NCBI GenBank assembly: GCA_965112155.1
Contig: OZ218105.1
Source of the DNA: Podarcis liolepis
Lineage: Eukaryota
Direction: 5' to 3' (one strand)
Length of the DNA: 64,000 nucleotides
Shown: positions 53,083-64,000 of the stretch, in pieces
Position numbering within the stretch: the stretch's first letter is position 1
How the letters are laid out: the number at the start of each line of letters is the position of its first letter
Position numbers and translations under genes: made by a program
The notes under the pieces: model-generated
What the model saw: only the letters and a program-made list of their open reading frames with translations
Database searches by the model: none
What the model was told of the DNA's origin: nothing

Positions 53083-55774
53083 TATTTGTCATATTTGTGT
53101 AGTGTGCTAGAAACAGCTATTTCACATTAGTGCTGTGCAAGGCTTTTGTAGAATGGGACACTTTGTCCTTACCTATCTCCATCCAAGTCCCATTGGGCGT
53201 CTTGCACAGGAATAAAGAGTACGGGCATAGGAATATGATTTGATTCCTACTACCAATGGATGGAAATAAATTTTCTTTTTTTGCCCTTCTTAGGACTCTT
53301 ATGCCAGATCCTACAAGCTGCACCACCCCTTCAGCAGCCAGTTCACACACTAACCTATAGACTGTATGAAAAATAAAATTGTCTGTTCAGAAATACAAGA
53401 CAATATAGAATCAAATCTAGTTTTACAAAAATAAACCTTTATGTTCAAATCTCAGACGTGTGAGGGAACAACAGAGAGGCACAGGGTACAAGTAGGCAGA
53501 AGTCATACATCATAGTTGACCAAAAGGAAAGGTAGGAAACTCAAACTATAAGACTTAGGCTACTAAGAAAGTAATAAAACTGATAACAATAAATACTGGA
53601 TTTCTTAATACTACTGCTACTGTTGTTTTGCTAATGCTAATTCCATTGTTGTCACTTGCAGAAAACTAGCAGAGATTCAGTCTCTTCAAATGTTGCAAAT
53701 GAATTGTTTAGGGAACTGTATCTGAAGGAAAAAAAGGAAACATAGTGAAGTCCCTGTTACAGAGTTCCTGAAGCTGGAGTGTTTGTCCCGGAAACTCAAC
53801 CCATTTTTCTTACGTAGTGCAATCTCCGTTAGTTTTGTATTTATTTGTGTTGTTCCGATCAAAAAAATTTACTTGTAAAATAATACGTTGTGCAATCATA
53901 ACTTGGGGGCGGGGAGGGTTTTTAGAAATCTATATGTATATATAAATATATGGAAAGGAAACCTGTTACCACTCCAAATGAGAGAACATTTTATGGCGTT
54001 TAAAAATACCAGGACTTGCCACTATGTTGTCCCATGCCACTGCTAAAATGCCACTTTAATGGGAAAGATGGGGGATTTCTTGTCCGTTTAAAAGTTCTTT
54101 TTTTAAAAAAAGACAAAGATAATTAAAGCATTTATGAGGAATATATGTAAATCTTTCTAATTTTTGGGAAGGCATGACCAAGGAAACCATACAAGTAACC
54201 AATAATGTAAATTTTGTACAGTACTAGAATGTGTAAATGAAGCTTGCTTGTAGGGCGAGGGGACTTTAAATAAAAACTTATGTACTAATGCATCTGTCTG
54301 ACAAATCTCTGCTGCTGACGAATTTAAATAATCTAACATTTAATGTTTTGAGATCCTTTCATCACGTAGGTGTGTGAACATTTGAGTTAGGCGAGTAAAT
54401 GACTGTGTAGGCCTATTCATGAATACATGGAAGACCAAATCTTTTGAGGGATTGAATGTCATTTTTTTAACACCTTCTTCTAAAAGGCCAACTCCTAAGT
54501 CTGTCCTTGCAACTGAGACCTCGTCTCAGAAAGAAAGAAGCGGCAGAATGTGCAAGTAGCTGTATGTTTATATTTTTAAAATAATTATCGTAAACTTAAG
54601 AGAGGCGGGTGGTGTGTGCAAGTGTGTTGGAAGAAATAGAAAAGGACATTTCATTTTCTTCTTGCTTTGTTGTAAGTTTTTAAAATTTATGGCACCCAAA
54701 GAAGGCTTACTAGTACTGGAGGTCAGAATGGTTAGTGGGAGGGGAAGATGCACTAATGAATTCTAGAGTGCTTGTAATGCCATAAAAGATTCAGTTAATC
54801 TGCAGCATAGATGTTGATCAGTGGAACTGAACTTGGCTCCCTGGACCTTGTCAGATTTATTCCGTGCATGTCAGTGTTCCACACCAATTACAGATTTTAG
54901 AAGAGGCTCTCATGCAAAACTCTGTGCCCTAATATATAAGCCAACTCAAATGTAACTAAAATTAAAATCTGACTGTGGCAAATCTCTATGATCCTGATAT
55001 ATGAAAATCCAAATAAATTATTTGTTCACAGAAATGAAAAATAACTTCAGCAGGAAATTTCAAAAAATTACTTATGCAGGATTAATCCAGTTCAATGAAT
55101 GCATCTTGCGTTGATTAATAAAGCAGCCATGAATTGCAAAGTAAAACTACAGAAGCTGTGCAAGGACATTATCTTTTGTATCCCTTACTGAAGCAAAAGA
55201 AGAGCATATACCTCAAAGAGAGACGTGTCCACTCAGTGTATTATTTTAATTGTAAGGTACTGAATATAAACACATTTTTATTGCATTATTATCACATTGG
55301 CTTAGCCTCTGACCAGCTGTGGTTATATATTTTTTGCTATTTTACAAGTCAACATGGTGGCTTAACCATGGCTCGGCTGCGTTTATTTTCCCTTCTCCTC
55401 CTTGTTCAGAAGCAGTGCTATTCCTCTCTTCCATCTCCCCTCACATTTATACACTTTCTGTGTAGTTTTTGGATAAATGGTTTTGTGCATCCCATGATTC
55501 CAGATTGTTTTGCTTCCTAGTTCACTGCCCAAATAAATGCTGTAAGTGTAATGAAATAATTTGAAATGTGAGCAGTGGGAATAGATATTTTCCCTCTCCC
55601 ACTAGATAAGGTAGTGTCATTAGATAAGTGGGAGAGGTATATTTGCTGCTCTTTTTCCATTAAGAAGGGAGATGGGTTGAAGGGAGGGGGTGAGTGGGTT
55701 GATCCCTGCCCCGTTTCACTGACAAATAGTGCTTGGAAGTCACTGAGGAAGTCACCTTGCCCTATATGATTGCA

Positions 55775-55935
55775 GAGACTGTATACCTTTGAAGCACATT
55801 CTTTCCCTCAAAGAATTCTGGGCATTGCAGTCTATTCCTCACAGACTTCCAATTCCCAGCAACCCTCAAGAAAGTACAGTGTCCAGAATTCTTTGAGGGA
55901 AAGAACGTGCTTCAAATGTGCTTTGAAGGTACTGT
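55775..55935. repeat. Fold-back (MITE-like) repeat
   Basis: tttgaagcacattctttccctcaaagaattctgg ... ccagaattctttgagggaaagaacgtgcttcaaa form inverted arms. Confidence 0.7.
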
Positions 55936-58800
55936 GTGTGGCTGGAATGTAGCCTTCTGTGCAAAGATGAGAGTCGCATCTATTGCTCAGATCACTTTTG
56001 CATCTGAGCACATCCGCCACTGGCAAGGGGCCCCCAGGTTTCCCCAAAGGGACTGAAGCTGAAAAAGGTCCCCCACCCGGGCCATAGGTCTAGCTACACT
56101 GTGAAATCACAGCAGCAGCAGAACTGCTGGCATGAATTCTAAAATAGCTGCTCAAGACTTGCAAGTGCTCCCAATATTTGAAGTGAACATTGTAGGTACA
56201 AGATGGAGACAGATTGCAAAACCCATTTCTAGCTCTTGGCCAGATATAATACTAATACCAACAGGATTAGAGTTTTGCTCTTGTATTATGCAGGAGAAGT
56301 GTATGCTATAATTGACAGGGGGTGAAGGGCATTTCCAAACAGCATTTAAAAGCCACACAGACTATTTTAACTCTCAGACTAAATTAGCTGTGACACTTGT
56401 CAGATGGTTAGCCCTGTGAAAATGTTTGGAGCTGATTTTTTAAAAAGCAGCTGGTACTGGGGTGGGCTCAAATCTCTTACACCAACCCCCTGCCCTGGCT
56501 GAAGTCATGGTCAAAATTTGCCTGCCTCTATTTGCAACGAAAGAAAAGCTGTCATTGGCACCAGCTGCAAATAGCAGGTGTGGAAGGGGCAAGCCTTAGA
56601 AAATATTTGTGCACAGTCTGCAGCTACCCTTTGTATATATGCAACTTTTGATAACACTAACTTTGTCAAAGAGAAGCAGCATCCCAACAAGCTGATATAG
56701 GTGAGGATCACTGGATTGGGGCTACTGAGCTTCTTCTGATCCAAAACAGGATTTGATGTTGATACTTCACTAGCAAAAGAATAATATATTTGCTCTCCCA
56801 CAAAAATGATGACTGCTCAAATCTTCAACTGGCATAAGTTTCCCTTAATGTAATTTACCCCCCTACATATGTAATAGGTTGTCTGAAGTATTACAATTAT
56901 GAACTAGATTAATGATTAAATTCATGCCATTCCATATTAATGTGACACTTCTGAACTACACAGTACGTGTGTTACAGCATTTGGCTTTTAGAATTCACAA
57001 ACGTAATATCATTCACTGCCGGGATCAGATCGTAGAATTCCATATGCTCATGTGTCACTGCTTCATTTGAATACCAGTTTTTGCCTTTTGTTATGTGAGT
57101 TTTGTGTATACATCATTTTCTAATTCCCTGTAGTAATATTTCTGTGTAATATTTAATTACCAGAACATGCAGTTCTATACCAGGTGAAAGTACTCATATT
57201 TTTATACATAGTTTGGACACAATCTTTTTCACATATAAAATAATTTGCAAGGTTCCTGTTCTTTTTTATTTGTACACAGAACCTAAAGGTACATGACCCA
57301 TCTTTTTCACACAAACAGAATAAAGGAAGAAAAGATTTGCATACAAAGAAGATGATCTTAAAGGAATATGCATTATTCTCATCTCCCATTGGTTGTGTAC
57401 ACTCCTAGTGGGGCTGGTGGTGAGAAAACACGGGCATTTCCAGATTCAGAAAGGAGCAGCTGCCTGCCTGGAAAATTCTGACTCAAACCCAAATTCTTGA
57501 TTCTGGTTTCTGAATTACCAAACAACAGCAGCAACAACCATCTCCTGAAATACTCTTGAGAAGCACAGGAAACTAGATACCATACTGATTCTGCACCTGA
57601 ATTGTCTATGCCTAAATCTCTTCTTGGCTAAAAAGTTTAAGATGTAATCTTAGAATCCATCAACGAGACTTCCTGCATCATGGTAGACCTAATTGAATTG
57701 TGTCTGCATATATTAATTAGATCATCTCACACCTCCAGATCCTGGAAATTGTAATTGAGTGCTTATCTTCACTTATCCTAGTAATGAGGTGTTTGCCATG
57801 ATCTATGCCCACTCTAAAAAAAAATTGTAGCATGTTTGTCCATAAACCACCCAGCCCTTTGAATAGTGTATGACCAATACCCTTACCATTGTTCTCATCC
57901 CATCCCCCTCTGGTTGGTTCTTACTGATAGTCCAGATTGCTACTGCATTGTTTGGTGAAGGATTTCATCCTTATTGCTGTGATTCTCTCTGCCAACAGAC
58001 AGAGGGGGGTGGGGTTGTGAAAGGAAAGAGTATGATGACTTCAAGGAGACAGTGAGTGACTCAGTGCAAAAAGGGTAAATTTCGTCTGCATATTCCTAAC
58101 AGCGGGGACATTCTGCACATCTCCAGAGTGCACTAAGTGATGCAGTAAACCAATAAATTAGAAGAATGTAAATTCTTTAGTAGGAATTGCACACAGGGGA
58201 AAATGCTTCCTCATCCTCATATTTGTTTTCATGGAAATAATGTACACTCTTTCTAAAAATCAAACTGGTACAAAGCTGAGTAAGACATCAAAACCAGTTA
58301 TAGATATTACGCTGAACTGCAAAATTTGCAGTAGTATCCTTATCTGTTATGATAAAATGTAAGAGTGATCACACAACATAATCAAACCTCAAGTAGAGGA
58401 GTTTCCTCCCCTTCAGTTCCATTACTCTCTGTTTGTCTTATTTATTTCTCATTAGATAGATTTAATTATATACTAAAGGCCCAAGTGGCCTCCAATATTA
58501 ATTTATGGTTTGCTTTTTATAAGTTTTCCAGGATTGCAACTTGTATAAATAGAGTTCATTTCACTTATCTAACAATGCAATCCTATTTTCTACTGGTGTC
58601 TGTTTGAAATTGTTCCAGTGGGGTATATTTACAGTGGTGTAGCAATGCTATTGTACTGGAGCTAGCAGGTATCTGTAGAATCCCACACCAGGGAAACAAT
58701 ACCAGTGCAAGGGGGGAACTGATGAGTGTGGTTTGAGAGAGTCAGAAGTGGCCAACTTAGACTTCTATCCTTCCTTGGAGGCCATTCTGACTGCCTATAC

Positions 58801-58936
58801 CGGGCATAGGCAAACTCAGCCCTCCAGATGTTTTGGGACTACAAATCCCATCATCCCTAGCTAACAGGACCAGTGGTCAGGGATTATGGGAATTGTAGTC
58901 CCAAAACATATGGAGGGCCGAGTTTGCCTATGCCTT
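58801..58936. mobile_element. Fold-back hAT-like MITE
   Basis: Near-complete palindrome: ggcataggcaaactcagccctccagatgttttgggactaca ... tgtagtcccaaaacatatggagggccgagtttgcctatgcc. Degenerate relatives near 13280-13380 and 42935-43060. Confidence 0.75.
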
Positions 58937-58949
58937 TCACCTATGTCCT

Positions 58950-59447
58950 TCCACCGTTTGGCTTCCATTCTTAGACCAAGGTAAATTTCGCAAACCGGGA
59001 CACTACTTCCTGTTTTGCGGAGTTCGTAAACCGAATAGTTCGTAAACAGGGCTGTTCTTAAACCAAGTGTTATGTACAGAGTTGAATAGGATCCAAGATG
59101 CAGCCATCTGATTGGTCCTAGAACAATGGGATCCAAAATGCAGCAGTCTGATTGGTCCTAGAACAATGGGATTCAGAATGCAGCAGTCTGATTGGTCCTA
59201 GAACAATGCAGCAGTATGATTGGTCCGCAGGAGCCACCCAATCCAGCTCCAGGTGGAAGTGAATCCACAACCTGATTGGCCTACAGGAGAATCCCGGAAT
59301 TAGCCAATCACGTGCAGCCCTGTGTGTAAATAATATATATAAAGCAGATATTGTGGGGGAACTTCCATTCCTCCTCACCACTATGAGCTGAATAAAGAGC
59401 ATGAAATCCACTCTCGACTCCGAGTATATTTCACCAAGGTACCACTG
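58950..59447. mobile_element. Truncated Tigger-like MITE whose right TIR is split by a solo LTR
   Basis: Removing 59068-59438 restores ...ttcttaaaccaaggtaccactg-TA, the terminus type seen at 21945 and 53082. Left end not found. Confidence 0.7.
59068..59433 (+). mobile_element. Solo LTR (LTR retrotransposon; copia/gypsy assignment uncertain)
   Basis: TG...CA ends, 5-bp TSD ccaag (59063-59067, 59434-59438), 40-bp tandem repeats, TATA-like tatataaag at 59336, AATAAA at 59391. Confidence 0.85.
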
Positions 59448-61724
59448 TACTTCATTCCCCAGCAGAGTGGGAGAGCTTTGCACAGCTTCATAGGGCCCCC
59501 TTCAAACTACCGTACTGACAAGAGAGGGAGTCCAGGTTTGCATCCCGAACATGGGACTCAGAAGTCAGGGGGATTTTTTCAACTCAGCTCTAATTGCAAT
59601 TAAAGAACACTCTCTGGCGGGTATAATGCTAACCCCAAGTTACACAGGCTGCACAGGGATAGGTTGAGCAGATCCCCTTGCACTGGCAGAACAAACATTT
59701 AAGTTGGCGTAGTGCAGAGCTTTCCAAACCATGTGTCATGACACATTAGTGTGCTGACCTTGTGAATTTGCTCTCACTGTCCATACATCCTTGTCCATGT
59801 GGGCCTGTCTCAGGTGACCAACACAGCAATTTTAGTAATATAATTCTGCTATGTTATGTCTCTACATTCATTTACATTTGCCAGAAATATACTTGTATCT
59901 CTTAGGATTTCGACCCTTACTCCTTTAAAGTGATTGCAGGATATGAAAAATGAGCCCCTTTCACCCCAAAAAAATTAATTTCACCCATTACATTAAGAAG
60001 CAGGTCTGCACACTTTCTATCTTTCAAGGATTCTATGCCTGACTGCATTTATGTTCTCATTTAGCATCTCAAAATGGGCACTTTCTTTCAAGAAGGATTA
60101 CTGCATGAATCACCTGCTTAGTTAATCTGACTTATTAGCATACTGTCACCCATTAACTGCATTATAACAACTATAGTTCTTACTATTCTCCACCACTACT
60201 CCAAAGCAGATTTCTCCTGGTTTGCAAGGGCATTTGTTGCTTTCTGCCTTTTGCAAACCCTGGTATTTACTAATCCATCACAGTATCTGCTAATAATTTT
60301 GGAAGGGAAGGGATGAAATCATTATGAATATCCTGCAGAGCTCCCTCACATAGGCCATAATCTTTCCTGGTGATTTATTGGAAAATATTTTAAAATCAAG
60401 TCCTTAATATGGCAAGAAGCCACTTTGAAATCCAAGCAGTTCTCAGGCATCCCTTCAGACTCCAAAATAAAGACACGGAGGAGTAGAATTACAGATTTCT
60501 TTTTCTTATGTATGGTAATTCATAACAGGCAGATTGGAGCTAACATCCCTAGTAGGAAAATTAACCATTCAGAACATGATCTTATTGCTCACAAATATTT
60601 TAGGTGTATATTGCTATTCACAAGGGCACACACTTTAGAATTCATTTAAGATTTGTGGGTTCTTGGAAGCATGATTCCATTAGGTAAGCATGCATTACAA
60701 GCTAGGAATATTCTTCTTCATAGAGGTGATTCTGGAAACGGTAGGTGCATAAAAGATTAGGAGAGATGGGCAAAGCCAATGCCTGCAGTTCTGTCTGAAA
60801 TTTTTATGGCGAGGACCAACTTCAAGAACATTTCAGTTGGATAGACTACAATCAGCCACTAAATCAATATATTGGCCCTTTAGATAAGTCATTTGATTTT
60901 CCAAAAGAATGAGAGATATTTCCATTGTCACATTTTTGTACAGTACTTGCATTTTTAAAAGAATGCAGAAGAACATTGGAAGCAGCCAAGTGGCTACTTT
61001 TACATCCCACTGTGCATGCACAAGCCACAAAATGGAATACGCTGGAAAAATTGGAGAGGTTAAAAATATATGATCCCCTTCACACATAGCTTATATGAAG
61101 GGGCTCCACATAGTTAAATGGGTGGTGGGTCTGCAATAGGCAAACTTACACACATAGAACTCTATACATGTAGGCTTCCACAACTGCTGGAAATCTAATC
61201 ACACAGGCTTCCAGCTACCACAGAAGTCTGTGCGAGTGTGTCGGCTTCTTCACTGCAGGCATCCATATGCAAGGCAAGGATGTTGTCCGTAGAACTGGGC
61301 AAATTTGCAGTTTGACCACTGCATGGAGCCCCCTTCAAATTATTAATGTATGAAGGAGGCTATTGACCCTTCCTTCTGTCCAATATTTCCTATCTTACAT
61401 ATGTGAAGGTGGTGCCTTCCTATTCAGTTTCATAGAATCACAGAATTGTAGAATGCAACTGTCAAATAACTTGCTACTAATCCTCCATTCTGAAGACAGA
61501 TTCCAAGAAAAGAGGGTCAAATCAAAATGTTCAGTTTCCTTTGAATGCCACCCCTGCACAAGTCAGCATGCTTTTGAGTTATATTCTGTCCATATCTAAA
61601 GCAGTGGAGACTTTTTTTCTTTTTATTAATTTCCCCCCTGTCCCTACCTCCACTTTTCTGTAAAGCATACATATGCTAGAAACAGTAATAGTTTTGTAGG
61701 AACTATTTCTTTTTTCGATCTCTT

Positions 61725-61729
<5 letters not shown>

Positions 61730-61762
<33 letters not shown>
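61730..61762. repeat. (CA)n microsatellite
   Basis: About 16 units, read directly. Confidence 0.97.
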
Positions 61763-61763
<1 letters not shown>

Positions 61764-61983
61764 CTATACAAGAATGCAATGCCTAAAAACCTTTGCTCGC
61801 TATTGCAGCATATTTAGTCAACAGGTAGTTGACATCACTGATCAGAACAATAAAAAACTGGAAATAGCTTAAAGAGGTTTTTTCAGGCAGAAATTTAAGA
61901 GAAAAGGAAAGTGACTGGAGATTCAGGAGGGAAGGGTACAAAATCAAGTAGAGTATTTTTGAGGGGTGGGAAAGAAAGAGACT

Positions 61984-62141
61984 CAGTGGCGTAGCATGGG
62001 TTGTCAGCACCCGGGGCAAGGCAAGTAATTTGCGCCCCCTAACCCGTGGATTTGCGCCCCCTAACCCGTGGATTTGCCCTAACCCCAGATGTTGCGCCTG
62101 GTGCGGCCGGCCCCCCCTGCACCCCCCACGCTACGCCACTG
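61984..62141 (-). mobile_element. Short hAT-type MITE, same family as 3681-4127, opposite orientation
   Basis: TIRs cagtggcgtagc / gctacgccactg; 8-bp TSD aagagact (61976-61983, 62142-62149). Shares both termini with the 3681 copy. Confidence 0.92.
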
Positions 62142-62715
62142 AAGAGACTCACACAGTGCATAATATTTCATAAATTAGGAGATGTACGTTTAGAATGCTG
62201 TATCCCCTATGCCACTACAAAGAATACAGGATTCCCAAACTGACAACAGAACTCAGTTTAGAACTCAGTGAAAGGAGGACAACTAAAGCCAATAACCTTT
62301 TTAGGAATGAGAGTGGAAATTAAGCTACTTTAGTTTTCAATACATTAATTTAAAAAAACCAAAAACCTGAAGCTGTAGCCATTCAGTTGCCTACCATTAA
62401 TTGTCAAACCCCAAATAAGGACACATAACTTTTATCAAGTGAACATGTTGCGTTATGTTTTATTGCCAGTAAAACAACTCACAGAATTAGACATTAACTT
62501 CAAAACCATTAGGGTGATTCATTTCAACTTTTCCAAGTCCTAGCCATCATCCACCTTATGAAAGGAACAATGAACTGAAAAATTAAAAAATTCTCTAGGA
62601 GTACCTATGATTTAATCAATTTCCACACTAATCGTGGCTTCCAATTCCAGCATTTCCCCTGTTACGTTATCTTTTAGATATGATCTAATAAGACAGATAA
62701 TAACCAGGGGAGCTT

Positions 62716-62862
62716 GGGGAGCTTAGTTGGTTAGTGTGTGGTGTTGATAACACCAAGGCTACAGGTTTGATCCCCGTATGGGACAGCAGCTGCTTATTCC
62801 TGCATTATAGGTTGGACTGCAGGGATCTGCAGGGTCCCTTCCAACTCTCATGATTCTATGAT
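62716..62862 (+). mobile_element. tRNA-Ile-derived SINE with CR1-type tail
   Basis: agcttagttggttagtgtgtggtgttgataacaccaaggctacaggtttgatccccgtatggg resembles tRNA-Ile; tail ggtcccttccaactctcatgattctatgat. Confidence 0.75.
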
Positions 62863-63214
62863 CTAGGAAAGCGGGACTTCAGTGTTTTTCCACTGAGCAG
62901 TGGTAACATATAAGGCCACTTCAGTATTGGACCACATGCCTGGGAGTCTGGGCTGTGGCGCAAGGACTTGTGGATGGACTAGTCTACAACCACCATCACC
63001 CCCAACTAGTCGAGAACGGGTTGTCACATCCGCCGTCATGTCAATTCTCCCTCTGTGCTTATAGCAGCTGCGTGGTAGGCAGCCCGGAGGGAGGGAGGGA
63101 GGGAGAGAGAGAGAGGGAGGGAGGACAGCTTGACCAGTTGAATTTCTGCCTGAGACACCACTGTTCAAAGGCACAGGGAGCCCTGCTCTGGGGGCATATA
63201 GTTAAGCAGCAAAA

Positions 63215-63790
63215 CAGAAGTCGGCCCGCTGTTGTTGGGGGGAAATCCAGCTCCAATCTCTCGCGTAAGCCGAGGCTTGGCGACGCTTCGGAGAGGAAGG
63301 CGGCGGAGGAAGGGCGGGCCCGCCTTTGGCCGCGTGTCTGGAGGTGGAAGGAGCGACGCCCGACGGGCAACTTTCGGTTCAGTCCTGCGCCGGGAGCAGC
63401 TGCAGCCGCTCTGCTCTCTGCTTCGTGGGCCATGGCTCAGCCGGAGAAAGTACTGCAGGCCAAGATAGTAATGGCCGGGGACTCCTACGTGGGGAAAAGC
63501 TCGATCCTGAGGCGATACACCGAGCCCTGCCCAACCAAGCCGTCTCCGCCCCCTTCCTATATCACCACCGTCGGTGAGTAATCGCTCTTCCGCCTGCAGC
63601 TGCCATTCACTTGCCCGCCTCCTCCGCTTTCCTTTCTTATCTGCTCCACGTACCCGTTCTGGCTGCTCCCCACCCGGTGCCTGTGGGTTCGAAAAGCAGT
63701 TTATTCCCTTTTATAATAAGGCGCGCGCGCACACGCAGTCGGCGCGTTGTAGTTTCATCTATAATGTAGCGTGCAGTCTTCCAACTCACA
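63215..63790. promoter_or_regulatory. CpG island / promoter of the Rab-like gene
   Basis: High GC and CpG density around the ATG exon; GC box gggcggg near 63312. Confidence 0.75.
63432..63573 (+). CDS. Rab-family small GTPase, first coding exon (atypical)
   Basis: Strong Kozak gccATGG. Encodes MAQPEKVLQAKIVMAGDSYVGKSSILRRYTEPCPTKPSPPPSYITTV(G): beta1 strand KIVMAG, P-loop GxxxxGKS, switch-I YITTVG. Consensus donor G|gtgagt in phase 1, as in Rab8/10-type genes. Confidence 0.88.
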
Positions 63791-64000
63791 CAGAGTTCTG
63801 TCAGAAACTTCCAAGTCTGCCTGAAGATCTCTGTGAAGCTTGAAAACACTGCGTGGTAAAACTTCGCAGCTATTAATTCAATTCTCAAACCTTTTATTGG
63901 CATCACATACAGACATCCATAGCAAATCAATACAGAATTACCGCCTTCCCAGTGACACAAAACATTTGTCAGATGAAAGAGGCAAAGCAGTCTAACATTA

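Larger units (their letters stand above)
51194..55140 (+). other. KLHL14: Probable KLHL14 3' UTR (end uncertain)
   Basis: Follows the stop codon; AT-rich. AATAAA hexamers at 53211, 53372, 53430, 53573, 53588 and 55117. The true cleavage site cannot be determined from sequence. Confidence 0.4.

Noticed and set aside
59090-59226. Regularly spaced 40-bp repeats resembling a CRISPR array
   Set aside because: Tandem units have no unique spacers, lie inside an LTR, and the DNA is eukaryotic.
62955-63431. 159-codon in-frame open extension upstream of the Rab ATG (208-aa ORF in the track)
   Set aside because: Starts at GTG with no ATG before 63432, crosses a GA-rich simple repeat, and stop codons are scarce in GC-rich DNA. 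ATG 63432 has an ideal Kozak context and a normal Rab N-terminus length.

Overview
Vertebrate (squamate, most likely lacertid lizard, judged from Sauria-SINE/BovB content) genomic DNA, not prokaryotic. The + strand carries the 3' seven coding exons of KLHL14 (kelch-repeat half, 940 coding nt, 15094-51193; the BTB/BACK exon lies upstream of the window), including a short GC-AG intron. At the right end, in a CpG island, is the first coding exon of an unusual Rab-family GTPase (ATG 63432) with a Tyr in the P-loop and a Pro-rich insertion before switch I. Introns and intergenic DNA hold many transposable elements whose ends can be read directly: hAT MITEs with 8-bp TSDs (one with a CpG-rich cargo), TA-flanked Tc1/mariner (Tigger-like) MITEs, a solo LTR nested in a MITE terminus, Sauria SINEs, tRNA- and 5S-headed SINEs, and BovB, CR1, RTE-X-like and Penelope fragments. 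There is also a near-perfect 53-bp-arm palindrome, several microsatellites and three assembly gaps. Family names come from recognition without database searches.
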